From positions 34,213-98,212 of the forward strand of contig NZ_DATKFP010000441.1 in NCBI RefSeq assembly GCF_035511395.1: DNA of 64,000 nucleotides, written 5' to 3'. How positions within the stretch are numbered: the stretch's first letter is position 1; every line of letters begins with the position of its first letter. The stretch is from Sphingobium sp. (GTDB taxonomy: Bacteria > Pseudomonadota > Alphaproteobacteria > Sphingomonadales > Sphingomonadaceae). The translations under genes were made by a program, and so were the position numbers. The notes under the pieces were generated by a model. The model did no database searches. It was given only the letters and a program-made list of their open reading frames with translations, and was not told the origin of the DNA. Shown in pieces: positions 49,482 through 60,934 of this stretch.

Positions 49482-49890
49482 CGACGGGCGCGCTGATGAT
49501 GCCGACCATATTGGTCCGACTCGGTGCCTCGAACATGACCAAATCACGTAATTTTATTACTTATATATAGAATTTTATTTCGAGTGCCTTTTGTTCCCAT
49601 CTTTTGGAAAAAATTCGGGGTCATGTCCTTTAGGACAGAGGTCTCAAAATTGTTTTCCGCTCGTAAAGCAATATAAATTCATTTAAATTCAGGTGCATAG
49701 ACCGAAAAATTCTCGTTCATTTCTCATTTGTACAATGTGGCAATATTACGTCACATTGCGAAAAAGGACCAGTCTTAAAGCCGAACTGGTTTGCATCATG
49801 TCTGAGTAACCGGCACGAGGACGCAGCACTGCGTGGCAGTTGGCTTTGGGCAGCATATATTCTGCCGATCCGGATAAGGGACTGGAAACT

Positions 49891-52865
49891 TTGAAGAACT
49901 TTGGATTTATCGCGTTCTTGCGAGGTGGAGTCGCGCCCGCAATTCTTGCGACCATGATCAGCCAGGCGCCTGCCTTCGCGCAGGATGCAACCCCACAGGC
50001 GGCGGCTGAACCGGCTGAAGACACGATCGTCGTTACCGGATCGCTGCTGCGTCAGATTGACAAGCAGGGCGTGTCGCCCGTCACCACCGTGACGGCCGAA
50101 GACCTCGCCGTGCGTGGCATCACGACGGTGCAGCAGGGCGTCCAGAATCTGGCGGCCAACAACGGCCCGGCGCTCACCAACGGCTTCTCCGCGAACGGCG
50201 CCTTCGCCGGCGGTGCATGGCCGTGTCGCTGCGCGGCCTCACCACCTCCTCGACGCTGGTGCTGTTCGACGGCCTGCGTGCCGCTTACTATCCGCTGGCC
50301 GATGACGGCACGCGCAACTTCGTCGACCTCAACACCATCCCCGACGCCATCGTCGACCGCGTCGAAGTGGTGAAGGATGGCGCATCCGCCACCTATGGCG
50401 CCGACGCGGTCGCCGGTGTGGTCAACATCATCACCAAGCGCGAAGTGAAGGGTCTGCACCTTCAGGCCGAAGCGGGCGTCGCCGAAAAGGGCTATGGCGC
50501 CAACCAGCGCCTGTCGGCCACCTACGGCTATGGCGATCTGTCCGAACAGGGCTTCAACGCCTATATCAGTGCGCATTATCTCAAGAGCAAGGCGGTCTAT
50601 AATCGCGACCTGGGCTATCCCTACAATAGCGACGACCAGTCGGGCATCTGCCATGACGGCGTGTGCGGTCCGAACAATATCGCCAATGGCGTCGATCCCA
50701 GCATCGGCTTCACCGGCCTGTCGACCGCGACCAATGTCTTCATGGTTCGTCCGTTCGATCCGTCGACCAACCTTGGCACCGGGCGTTATCAGCTGCTCAA
50801 CGGCGCGGCCGGCTGTGGCAGCCTGAATCCCTACACGCTCAACGATCAGGAATATGCGGACAATCCCACGGCGCCGCGTACCGTCTGCCAGCAGGACATC
50901 ACCCATGATTATAACCAGGTGCTGCCGGAACAGCAGCGCTGGGGTATTTCGGGTCGCTTCACCAAGATCGTCGGCGACAGCGGCGAAGCCTATCTCGAGC
51001 TGAACTATGAGAACAGCAAGTCCTCCTACACCGGCCTTGCCTCGACCGTCCGCGCCAATGCGCCGGCCGGCATCGATTATTCGGCCTATTCGACCTCGGC
51101 CGGATCCACCCTGCTGCGCCTGCCGGTCTATATCTGCGCCCGTGGCACTGTCTCCTGCGACGCCGCCAACGGCACGCTGAACCCGAACAACCCCTTTGCA
51201 GCCCAGGGCCAGGAAGCCGCCATCATCGGCCGCCTGCCGACCAGCACCGAATATAATGAATCGGTCAGCCAGGTCTTCCGCGCCGCCGCCGGCATCAAGG
51301 GCGACTTCGGCGACGACTGGCATTATCAGGTCGACGGTACCGCCATGGTTTCCAAGTTGAAGACCACGGCCAAGGGCTATGTCTACATCCAGCATCTGCT
51401 GGACGTGATCGCGGACGGTTCGTATAATTTCATAAACCCGTCGGCGACCTCGCAGGATACGCTGGACTATCTGACCCCGACCCAGATCAACCACAGCAAG
51501 ACCCAGCTCTATCAGGGCCAGGCCAGCATTTCGAAGGAAGTGTTCGACCTGCCGGGTGGCCCGCTCCAGATCGCCGTGGGCGTGGCGGCGCGTTACGAAT
51601 CGCTGAATAACCCCAGCGGGAACCCCGACTATAATGGCCCGACCGAGCGCTATTTCCGCCTGAACGCCTTCGGCGCCAAGGGGCATCGCGATGTCGAATC
51701 CGGCTATTTCGAAGTCAGCGCGCCGGTCGTCGACCAGCTCGAACTGACGGCGGCTGGCCGCTACGACCATTATTCGACCGGCCAGGACAATTTCTCGCCG
51801 AAGTTCGGCGCGAAGTTCAAGCCGATCCGCGAGTTGATGTTCCGCGGCACCTTCTCGAAGGGCTTCCGCGTTCCCAGCTTTGCCGAAATGGGTGCCCTGC
51901 CGACCACCGGCTATGTGACCCAGACGGCGAGCGCGCTGCCGGATAGCTTCACCAGCCAGCATCTTAACGCAGACGGATCCTACAACACCTATCTGACCAA
52001 CTATTCGCTCGGTCAGACGACTGTTGGCAATCCCGACCTGAAGGCGGAAAAGTCGCGCAACATCACCCTCGGCGCCACCTTCCAGCCGACCAGCAACCTG
52101 TCGTTCGGCGTCGACTATTATAATATCAAGAAGACGGGCGCGATCACCTCGGTGGATTTCTCGAAGGCCGTCAGCAATTATTATGCGACCGGCGAGACCA
52201 GCTATGACGGCGTGACCATCGTGCAGGACGAAGTCGACCAGAACCATCCCGATGCGCAGCGCCGCATCGCGTTCGTGCAGGGCAGCTTCATCAACGCCAA
52301 CACGATCAAGACGTCGGGCATCGACTTCAACGCGATGGGCAAGTTCCGCCTGAACGACAACATCACCTTCACCACGTCGATCGATGCCACCTACGTCATC
52401 AAGCTGAACACCGAGTTCCCCGATGGTACGGTCCAGCATTATGTGGACACGCTGGGCAACTTCAACCTGACCTCCGGGTCGGGCACGCAGCAATGGCGTG
52501 GCAGCTGGCAGAATACGGTCGATTTCGGCCGGGGTTCGATCAGCGCGACGGCCTACTACACCGATGGCTATGACTATTCGGCGGAGGACCAGGGCGGCAC
52601 GGCAGGCGATTGTAGCCTGGTGCCGACCAACTATAATGGCGACGCCTATCAGGGTTGCCGCGTGAAGTCGTTCATCAGCGTCGACATGACCGGCTCGCTC
52701 AAGGTCAACGACCAGTTTGAGCTCTATGCCAACGTCATGAACGTCTTCAACAACAAGCCGCCGATCGATGCGACCACCTATGGCGCCTATCTCTACAACC
52801 CCGTGGTTGGCGAGTCCGCGATCCTGGGTCGTTCGTTCCGCATCGGCGCGAAGGCGTCCTTCTAA
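49891..52865 (+). pseudogene. TonB-dependent receptor split by an apparent 1-bp deletion
   Basis: Frame 1 (TTG 49891): signal, DTIVVTGS, plug start to GAFAGGA; frame 2 continues AVSLRGL...YGADAVAGVVNII to C-terminal Phe (AKASF). Could be a sequencing error. Confidence 0.8.
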
Positions 52866-52879
52866 CTGACAGCCGGTCG

Positions 52880-52917
52880 AAGGCGGGCCATCCTCCCTTG
52901 CGGGATGGTCCGCCTTT
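52880..52917 (+). terminator. Intrinsic terminator after the TonB-dependent receptor
   Basis: aaggcgggccatcc...ggatggtccgccttt. Confidence 0.65.
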
Positions 52918-53255
52918 GCCGGTCAGACGGCGCGCCGACACCAGCCGACACTGGATGCCGGCGCGTCGCCCCCTGGGGATGAAGGACAGCCACCGCCCTC
53001 TGTCCTACAGCCACCTGTTCATGCCATAACCGGACCGGCTCTTTCCCACCGTCCGCCCCTGGCATCCCGCGCCGATCCATTCCCGGCGCGTGCCATTCCG
53101 CAGAAATTCTCCTATTGCGAAATCCATGCCACCCGTGCGTCCGCCGCAGTTTCGCGTTGCCGGCGACACTATGTACTTCGCAACGCCGCACCCGCCTGCA
53201 AAACGCGCCGCGCATGTCTTCACCACCCGCTACACCTCTGCTACAGGCCGCCCCC

Positions 53256-55124
53256 ATGCTTAACCTCAACGCTATCACCGTGCGCCTGGGCGGCCGCACC
53301 ATCCTCGACCGCGCGAGCGCCGCGCTGCCGCCGCGCAGCCGCGTGGGCCTCATCGGCCGCAACGGCGCGGGCAAGTCCACGCTGATGAAGGTGATGATCG
53401 GCCAGCTCGACCCGGACGAGGGGTCGTGCGACATGCCGCGCGACACCCGTCTCGGCTATATCGCGCAGGAAGCGCCATCGGGCACGGCGACCCCTTTCGA
53501 CACCGTGCTCGCCGCCGACAAGGAACGCGCCGAACTGATGGCGGAGGCGGAGCATACCGAAGACCCCGACCGCCTCGGCCATATCTATGAGCGGCTGACG
53601 ACGATCGACGCCTATACCGCCCCGGCTCGCGCCGCCCGCATCCTGGTCGGCCTCGGCTTTGACGAGGAAATGCAGGGCCGCCCGCTCGACAGCTATTCGG
53701 GCGGCTGGAAGATGCGCGTGGCGCTCGCCGCATTGCTCTTCTCCGAGCCGGACCTGCTGCTGCTCGACGAACCGTCGAACCATCTCGACCTCGAAGCCAC
53801 GCTCTGGCTGGAGAATTTCCTCAAGGCCTATCGCGGCACCGTCGTCGTCATCAGTCATGAGCGCGACCTTCTGAACAATGTGGTCGACTATATCCTCCAT
53901 CTGGAAGGCGGGAAGGTGACGCTCTATCCCGGCGGCTATGACGCGTTCGAGCGGCAGCGCGCCGAACGGCTCGCCCAGCTCGAATCCGCCCGCGCCAAGC
54001 AGCAGGCGGAGCGGGAGAAGTTGCAGGACTATGTCGCCCGCAACAGCGCCCGCGCCTCGACCGCGAAACAGGCCCAGTCCCGTGCCAAGGCGCTGGCCCG
54101 GATGCAGCCCATCGCCGCCGCGATCGAGGATCCGACGCTGCATTTCGGCTTCCCCAGTCCCGCCGAACTGCGTCCGCCGCTCATCACCATGGACATGGCG
54201 GCGGTCGGCTATACCGACACGCCGATCCTGCGCCGCGTCAACCTGCGCATCGATCCCGACGACCGTCTGGCGCTGCTCGGCCGCAATGGCAACGGCAAGA
54301 CGACGCTGGCCCGCCTTATCGCCGCGCAGCTGGCGCCGATGGAAGGCACGGTGCAGGCCACGTCGAAGATGAATGTCGGCTACTTCACCCAATATCAGGT
54401 GGAGGAACTGGACATCACCGACACGCCGCTGGAACATATGACCCGCGTCATGAGGGGCGCGACCCCCGGCGCGGTGCGTGCCCAGCTTGGCCGCTTCGGC
54501 TTTTCCGGCGAGCGCGCGACGCAGAAGGTCGGCTCCATGTCGGGTGGCGAGCGGGCCCGTCTGGCGCTGGCCCTCATCACCCGCGACGCGCCGCATCTGC
54601 TGATCCTGGACGAACCGACCAACCACCTCGACGTCGACAGCCGCGAAGCGCTGGTGCAGGCGCTCAACGACTATAGCGGCGCGGTGGTGATCGTCTCGCA
54701 CGACCGCCACATGATCGAACTGGTCGCCGACCGTCTGGTGCTGGTCGACAATGGCACCGCCCAGCCGTTCGACGGCTCGCTCGATGACTATACCGACATC
54801 ATCCTGCGCAAGGCGGACGGTAATGGCGGCGGCGGTGATGCGCCCAAGGTCGATCGCAAGGCCGACAAGAAGGCCGCGGCCGAATGGCGCGAAAAGCAGA
54901 AGATACTCAAGAACGCACTCAACAAGGCCGAGCGCGAGATGACCGCCTTGTCGACCGAACGCAGCCGCATCGACCAGGCGCTGTTCGACCCGAAGACCGC
55001 GACCGGCGTGGAGGCGAAGATGACCACCAGCCAGCTGATGGTGAAGCGCGCCGAACTGGAAAAGAAGCTGGAAGCCGCCGAGGAAGTCTGGATGGAGGCC
55101 GGCGCGGCGCTGGAGGCTGGCTGA
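53256..55124 (+). CDS. ABC-F family ATPase (YheS-like)
   Basis: Two NBDs (GRNGAGKST, SGGWKMR, LDEPSNHLD; GRNGNGKTT, SGGERAR, LDEPTNHLD), no TM, coiled-coil tail. Confidence 0.93.
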   Translation: MLNLNAITVRLGGRTILDRASAALPPRSRVGLIGRNGAGKSTLMKVMIGQLDPDEGSCDMPRDTRLGYIAQEAPSGTATPFDTVLAADKERAELMAEAEHTEDPDRLGHIYERLTTIDAYTAPARAARILVGLGFDEEMQGRPLDSYSGGWKMRVALAALLFSEPDLLLLDEPSNHLDLEATLWLENFLKAYRGTVVVISHERDLLNNVVDYILHLEGGKVTLYPGGYDAFERQRAERLAQLESARAKQQAEREKLQDYVARNSARASTAKQAQSRAKALARMQPIAAAIEDPTLHFGFPSPAELRPPLITMDMAAVGYTDTPILRRVNLRIDPDDRLALLGRNGNGKTTLARLIAAQLAPMEGTVQATSKMNVGYFTQYQVEELDITDTPLEHMTRVMRGATPGAVRAQLGRFGFSGERATQKVGSMSGGERARLALALITRDAPHLLILDEPTNHLDVDSREALVQALNDYSGAVVIVSHDRHMIELVADRLVLVDNGTAQPFDGSLDDYTDIILRKADGNGGGGDAPKVDRKADKKAAAEWREKQKILKNALNKAEREMTALSTERSRIDQALFDPKTATGVEAKMTTSQLMVKRAELEKKLEAAEEVWMEAGAALEAG

Positions 55125-55243
55125 GTCCGCTTTTGATCGGATTCGTCCGCGTAAAATGCTATAAGGATTATCCCTGACGGCGCGCCTCGGGGAGCGAGGC
55201 CTGACGTATCGGGAAGCGATGGCTTTGAGTCGGGAGATCCGCG

Positions 55244-56059
55244 ATGAAGTCGGTTCTGCTGCATATCCACGACGACCGCGGCGCTGACAGCCGCCTCCAG
55301 GCGGCCTGCGACATCGCCCGCGCCTGCAATGCCCATATCCAGTGCGTCCAGGTGACGCCAATGCCCGATCTGATCGCCGCCGACGTCTATGCCGGGTCTG
55401 GTTTCGCACCCACGATCGCGGCCGAACTCCACGCCATTGACGAGGCATTCCGTGTCCGGGTGGAATCCCGCCTCGACCGGGAAGATATCGCCTGGGACTG
55501 GCGGCAGGTGGATGGCGACAGCATCGGCGGGTTGCTCTCCGCCGCGCGGCTTGCCGACCTCATCGTCGCGACCCTGCCCGAAGGCCGCCGGACCGACAGT
55601 CTGGACCCGCTGCCGATCGTCGCCGACTTGGCGCTGGGCGGGCGCACGCCTGTTCTTGCAGTGCCACAAGCCGCGCGCCGGGTCGCGATTACCGCGCGCG
55701 CGCTGGTTGCATGGGATGGCTCGGCCGAATCCTGTGCCGCGCTGCGCGCCGCCGTGCCGCTGCTGCGTCTCGCCGAGAATGTCGACATCGTCACGGTCGA
55801 GGAAGCGAGCAAGGCTGTATTTCCTGCGACGGGCGCGCCCGAATATCTCGCTCGCCACGGCATCAAGTCGCAACTGCATAGCTGGCCGCGCAAGGAGCGC
55901 CCGATCGAGATTGCGCTGCGCGAAGCGATCGATTCGCTACATGCCGACTGGGTGGTGATGGGCGCCTTCGGCCATAGTCGCTGGCGTGAGTTGATGTTTG
56001 GCGGCGTCACCCGCGCCATGCTGCGCACAGCCCGCGTCCCGTTGCTGCTTGCGCACTAA
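55244..56059 (+). CDS. Universal stress protein (tandem USP)
   Basis: MKSVLLH, LVAWDGS.E, VMGAFGHSR...FGGVTR, PLLLAH. Confidence 0.92.
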   Translation: MKSVLLHIHDDRGADSRLQAACDIARACNAHIQCVQVTPMPDLIAADVYAGSGFAPTIAAELHAIDEAFRVRVESRLDREDIAWDWRQVDGDSIGGLLSAARLADLIVATLPEGRRTDSLDPLPIVADLALGGRTPVLAVPQAARRVAITARALVAWDGSAESCAALRAAVPLLRLAENVDIVTVEEASKAVFPATGAPEYLARHGIKSQLHSWPRKERPIEIALREAIDSLHADWVVMGAFGHSRWRELMFGGVTRAMLRTARVPLLLAH

Positions 56060-56127
56060 AGTGCTTTCGAAGCGGCTGAAATCACCTGCTGACTCGAAAA
56101 TCACGGCAACAAAGACTCTAACCGGGA

Positions 56128-59010
56128 TCAGCGGCCCATCAGCATGAAGGGCGCCCAGATATAGGGCTGCGCTGCATCGGGGTGGCGGGACGCGATCAGC
56201 TTCAGCATCGCCTTCTGCAACGCGACCGCCCGCGGTAGGCCGCGATCCGCGCCCTTCACCGTCTCCAGCGTGACGAAGGCACTGGCGTCGTCGCGGACCG
56301 GCCAGTGCGACACCAGCAGCGATCCGGCACCGGCATAGCGGAACGCCTGCGCCAGCCCCGAATAGGGGGCCGCTTGCGCCTTTTCCCCTGCCGCCGTGTT
56401 GCAGGCGGACAGGATCACCCAGTCTGCGCTGATCCGCATGGCGGCGACCTCCGATGCCGTCAGCAGTCCGTCATCGCCGCCATTCCCGACGGTCGGTGGC
56501 GACAAGAGCAAGGCCGGTTCGTTCACCCCCGCCTTCTCGCCGCCGACCAGCCCGTGGGTCGCAAACAGGATTACGTTATAGGTTGACAGGTCGCGCGTAC
56601 GCAGTGCGGCTTCATTTGCCTCTGCCCCGACCATTAGGGTCGCATGACCGGCCCCGAAACGCTTGGCCACCGCCCGCAATTCGGTCAGCGATCCGGGCAG
56701 AACCGGCAGGTCCGACAAGTTGCCCGCGCCTCGCGCAGCCGCCGCGTCTTGACTGTCCGTAAAGGCCTGGGGCGCGCCGATGCCAAGGAACATCTGATTG
56801 CGCATCGCCATCTGTTCTTCTTGCGCCGGATGAATGGCGAAACCGGGCTGCACTCTGATCGCGAAGCGCCGGACCAGCCATGGCACATTCTTGTCCACGG
56901 CGGCAACGGGCCGTTCCGGCAGCATGGCGAAAGGCAGCGATGCGAAGGCGCCGATGGGCACGATCCGCAAGATCTTCGCCTTGCCCAATGTGGCGAGGAT
57001 GCCCGGCGTGAAAATCTGGCGATACAGGTCGTGCGCCGCCGCCTGGTCGAAGCCCGTCGGCGTCAGCGACCCGCGCAACCGATCGACCAGCGTCACCATG
57101 GCGGCGCGATCCATCTCCGCCCGCTCGATCCGGGTGCCATCCGCGCTCACCGCCAGCAGATAGACGCTGTTAAAGGCCGGCATGACCGCCAGCAGCGCCT
57201 CTTCCCGACGCAGACCGGCGCGCAAGGTCTCCAGGTCGGGCCGCTCCCCGCCACGCGCTTCGACCCAACGGGGATAGTCGCGCGCAATGGCGCGGCGCTC
57301 GGCCTCGACATCAACTGCCAGGGCGGCGCGATCAGCCCGCGCATCCGCGACCTCAGCATCGACCGCCAGCGCCGTCAGCATCCGACGATCTGCCGTCTCC
57401 AGCGCCTTCACCCGGTCCTGCAATCCCCGCACCCGCGCCGCCAGCGCCGGATCCTCGACCAGCCGCTGCGCCACCAACCGGTTCGCCTGCGCGATGCGCG
57501 ATCCGGCGAGCACCGCCATGGCGTCGAGCGCCAGCGCGGCATCCTGCGTCTGCGCTGCAACGGCAAGCACGGTGTCGAGCGCTGCGCGCTGATCCTCGGT
57601 CAGTTCGCCATTGGCGTTCATCGCCGCTCCATCGCGCAGCACGCCGGCCAGCCGCCGTGCCGCCTCGCCAAGGTCGCGGCGGTCGGGCGTGGTCCAGGCC
57701 GACAGCGTCGCAGCCTGCGCCAGGGGCAGCGCCGGCGCGTTGTCGAGTTGCGCGGTCTCGGCGGCGAAAGCACCCGCAGCCCGGCCCGCCTCAGCGCTGC
57801 GCCCTTCCTCGATCAGCGCCGGGATCAGATAGGGATAGACGCGCTGGCCAATGTCCCGATCCTTGTCCGATCCAGCCCGGACCCGCGCCAGTGCCGTATA
57901 GAGCCGCCCGATCGCCTCGGCGCGCTGCCCCTCCGCCAGAGTTGCCGCGGCGGCAAAAGCCAGCGCGCGCGCCGATTGCGGGCTATTCTCGCCCTCGATC
58001 CGGCGAAAGCCGCGCTCGGCCTCCAGAAACAGCGGCTCGGCATCGGCATAGCGCTCCAGCGGCAGCAGCACCGATCCCAGATTTTGCAGCCCGAAATGAA
58101 AATAGAGGCTCTCCGTACCTACTGTCTCGCGCTTGATGGCAATGGCGCGTTGCAGATAGTCGAGGCTCTCGACCCGCCGCCCGGTACGCGACAGCAACAG
58201 TCCCAGCGCCTCCAGCGCACGGGCATAGCCCGGATGGTTGCGATCGACATGGTCGGTGGCGATTTCCACTGCCAGCCGCGCATATTTCTCGGCCTCCACG
58301 TCGCGGTCGGCGCGCTGGAGCATTTGCGCATACGTGTAATAGGAACCGATCGTGTCGGCGCTGTTCGGTCCTGCGGCCGCGATCCGCGCCTCCATGCTGG
58401 CCTTCTGCGCCTCGACCGCCTCGGCATTGCGACCCAGTCGGGTCAGCGCCTGCGCGTGGGTGAAGGCGATGTTGGACCGCAGCATATGCGTGTCCGTGTC
58501 GATCCTGTCCGCGGGGGTGCGCGCTATATAACCGTCCATATAGCGGCTCGCCCCCGCCAGCGTATCGGCTCCGCCCGCCACGTCGCCCAGCGCTATCTGG
58601 ACATAGCCTTTGATCGACAGCCCCTGCATCCACGCGATCGGATAGGCGTCGGCAAAGGGAGCGAGCAGGCGCAAACCGTTATTCGACCGGGTCAGCGCAT
58701 CCGGGTTCTTCCCGTCGATCTGGTCCATCGAGGACAGGTTGATCAGCGCGACCCCGGCCAGCGGATGCGGCTTGCCACCGGCCTTTGCCTTCGCCGCTGC
58801 GTCATACAGCCGCCCCCAGGCGTCGCGCGTTTTCTGCGACATCGACAGGGCGTAATCGTCGCTGTTGAACAGGTCCGACGCCTGACGTTCCAGTGCGTAG
58901 AGACGGGCAAAGCGCGGATTGTCGGTGGAGAAGGTGGACGACGCGGCGAAAGCCGGTGGCGCAACCGCCAGCAGTGCAAACGCGGTCAACCAGCGCGTGG
59001 AAAGTTTCAT
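56128..59010 (-). CDS. Secreted TPR + CHAT (caspase-like) domain protein
   Basis: Signal peptide; TPR repeats; FATHGL (His), VILSACNTA (Cys), LVSHWPV.D, PYIWAPF. Confidence 0.9.
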   Translation of the reverse strand: MKLSTRWLTAFALLAVAPPAFAASSTFSTDNPRFARLYALERQASDLFNSDDYALSMSQKTRDAWGRLYDAAAKAKAGGKPHPLAGVALINLSSMDQIDGKNPDALTRSNNGLRLLAPFADAYPIAWMQGLSIKGYVQIALGDVAGGADTLAGASRYMDGYIARTPADRIDTDTHMLRSNIAFTHAQALTRLGRNAEAVEAQKASMEARIAAAGPNSADTIGSYYTYAQMLQRADRDVEAEKYARLAVEIATDHVDRNHPGYARALEALGLLLSRTGRRVESLDYLQRAIAIKRETVGTESLYFHFGLQNLGSVLLPLERYADAEPLFLEAERGFRRIEGENSPQSARALAFAAAATLAEGQRAEAIGRLYTALARVRAGSDKDRDIGQRVYPYLIPALIEEGRSAEAGRAAGAFAAETAQLDNAPALPLAQAATLSAWTTPDRRDLGEAARRLAGVLRDGAAMNANGELTEDQRAALDTVLAVAAQTQDAALALDAMAVLAGSRIAQANRLVAQRLVEDPALAARVRGLQDRVKALETADRRMLTALAVDAEVADARADRAALAVDVEAERRAIARDYPRWVEARGGERPDLETLRAGLRREEALLAVMPAFNSVYLLAVSADGTRIERAEMDRAAMVTLVDRLRGSLTPTGFDQAAAHDLYRQIFTPGILATLGKAKILRIVPIGAFASLPFAMLPERPVAAVDKNVPWLVRRFAIRVQPGFAIHPAQEEQMAMRNQMFLGIGAPQAFTDSQDAAAARGAGNLSDLPVLPGSLTELRAVAKRFGAGHATLMVGAEANEAALRTRDLSTYNVILFATHGLVGGEKAGVNEPALLLSPPTVGNGGDDGLLTASEVAAMRISADWVILSACNTAAGEKAQAAPYSGLAQAFRYAGAGSLLVSHWPVRDDASAFVTLETVKGADRGLPRAVALQKAMLKLIASRHPDAAQPYIWAPFMLMGR

Positions 59011-59094
59011 CTCACCCCCGCTTCCTTGAATCGACCCGCACCCCTCTTGGGTCGCGCGCGGGCCAGCGTCAAGATGGTCGCGGAGGCGTAACGA

Positions 59095-60624
59095 TCAACC
59101 TGCCAGCGTCAGCCGCCAGTCCCAGCGCAGCGGATCGCCGTCCATTACCTCGACCCCGCGTGCGACCAGAGCATCGCGAATCTCGTCCGACAAGGCGAAA
59201 TCCTTTTCCGCACGGGCGGCGGTCCGGCGCTCCAGTTCGGCTTCGATCTCTTCCGGCATGACCTGCGCATCCTTGGGCTGGATGCGCAGGTCGGCGCGAT
59301 TGAGCGTCAGCAGATTGAGGCCAAGCGCCTGGTCGAACGCGGCGATCAGGCACAATTTCTCGTCCACCGGCACCTTCTTCATGCCGATGGCCTCTTCCAG
59401 CAGCGGCAACGCGCGCGGCGTCATCAGGTCGTCGGCGAACGCCGCGTCGAACTGCTCCAACAGCGGCGCCAGCTTCGGATGCAGGTTGGCGCGCAGATAG
59501 TCGACGCGTGGCGACTGCCAGGTGACACCTTCGGCGCGCGCCTTCAGTCCTTCCACCCCCATGACGAGCCGCTTGAGCCGGGTCAGCGCCGCCGCCAGAT
59601 TCTCCGCGCTGAACTCCAGTTCCGACCGGTAATGGGCGCCAAGGCAGAGCAGGCGATAGGCGATCGGATGCACGCCCGCGTCGATCAGGCTGAAGAGCGT
59701 GGTGAAGGCGCCCTTGGACTTCGACATCTTCCCCTGCCGGTCGACGAGGAAATTATTGTGCATCCACCAGCGCGCACCGGTGAAGCCCGCCGCCACGGCG
59801 TTGGTTTCGCCGCAGCAGCTATGGAAAGCCTGGTGATATGCCTGGTTCTGGGCGATCTCATTGGGGTGGTGGATCTCGCGATGGTCGATGCCGCCGGTAT
59901 GGATGTCGAACGGCTGGCCAAGGCGCGCCTGGCTCATGACCGAGCATTCCAGATGCCAGCCCGGCGCGCCCTTGCCCCACGGGCTGTCCCATTCCATCTG
60001 GCGCTGTTCGCCGGGCGGGGACTTGCGCCAGATGGCGAAGTCGGAAGCGTTGCGCTTGCCCGCCACCGGATCGATCCGGGCGTGCGCCGCATCGTCGCGC
60101 CCGCCGGCCAGCGAACCATAGTCCGGCACGGTCGTGCTGTCGAAATAGAGGCCGCTTTCCAGTTCGTAGCAATGATCCGGCGCGATCTTTTCGGCGAACG
60201 CGATCATCTGCGGCACATAGTCGGTCGCGACCGTCCATTCGCTTGGGCTAATGATGTTGAGGTCGGCGATGTTGGACTTGAACGCCTCGGTATAGTGCGC
60301 CGCAATGTCCCAGATGCTCTTTGCGCTGGCCTTGGCCGCCGCCTCCATCTTGTCGTCGCCCGCATCGGCGTCGCTGGTCAGGTGGCCGACATCGGTGATG
60401 TTGATGATGTGGGTGACATTCAGCCCCTTCCACAGCAGGGTCCGGCGCAGCGTGTCGGTGAAGACATAAGCGCGCAGATTGCCGATATGGGCGTAATTAT
60501 AGACGGTCGGCCCGCAGCTATAGACGCGCGCATGATTGTCCTCGATCGGTGCGAACGGCTCGATCGAACGGGTCAGGCTGTTGAACAGGCGCAGTGGCGC
60601 GGGGATATGCTGGTCGTCGGACAT
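59095..60624 (-). CDS. cysS: Cysteine--tRNA ligase
   Basis: CGPTVYNYAHIGN, PGWHLECS, DIHTGGIDH, KMSKS. Confidence 0.96.
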   Translation of the reverse strand: MSDDQHIPAPLRLFNSLTRSIEPFAPIEDNHARVYSCGPTVYNYAHIGNLRAYVFTDTLRRTLLWKGLNVTHIINITDVGHLTSDADAGDDKMEAAAKASAKSIWDIAAHYTEAFKSNIADLNIISPSEWTVATDYVPQMIAFAEKIAPDHCYELESGLYFDSTTVPDYGSLAGGRDDAAHARIDPVAGKRNASDFAIWRKSPPGEQRQMEWDSPWGKGAPGWHLECSVMSQARLGQPFDIHTGGIDHREIHHPNEIAQNQAYHQAFHSCCGETNAVAAGFTGARWWMHNNFLVDRQGKMSKSKGAFTTLFSLIDAGVHPIAYRLLCLGAHYRSELEFSAENLAAALTRLKRLVMGVEGLKARAEGVTWQSPRVDYLRANLHPKLAPLLEQFDAAFADDLMTPRALPLLEEAIGMKKVPVDEKLCLIAAFDQALGLNLLTLNRADLRIQPKDAQVMPEEIEAELERRTAARAEKDFALSDEIRDALVARGVEVMDGDPLRWDWRLTLAG

Positions 60625-60719
60625 GGTGGCAAGCCATGTCGCGAAGCAAGGCAGGGGTCAATGCTTCCTGGAGGCCGGTGTTCCCGAAAGCCCGATCAAT
60701 TGTAATAAAATGTTGCGGA

Positions 60720-60910
60720 CGGGCCGATCCCTTGCGGCCGGGCGTTGCCCACCCGATATTGTCGATGCGGGCCGGGCCCCTCTGGCGACATGGATTATCC
60801 CCCTGATCCTGTCGCGATGTCGGACCGCATCGGGTGAGCCCGGTGCTGGTTTTGCGGTGATTTGCCCCCTCTCGTTGCCGCAGGAGACCGCACCGGGCCA
60901 CTCGAACCAC
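60720..60910 (+). promoter_or_regulatory. Structured 5' leader (candidate cis-regulatory RNA) of the BI-1 operon
   Basis: Successive hairpins: ggccg/cggcc, gcgaca-ggat/atcc-tgtcgc, long gcccggtgc...gcaccgggc stem with flanking pairing. Confidence 0.5.
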
Positions 60911-60934
60911 ATTTGGATGGAGTGAGTGTAACCC

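Noticed and set aside
52920-53250. Leader peptide or attenuator before the ABC-F gene
   Set aside because: GC-rich hairpins are present, but I found no convincing uORF with an RBS or alternative terminator; left unexplained.
55130-55150. FNR/FixK box upstream of the USP gene
   Set aside because: Only the TTGAT half-site matches; the second half (ttcgt) does not fit ATCAA.
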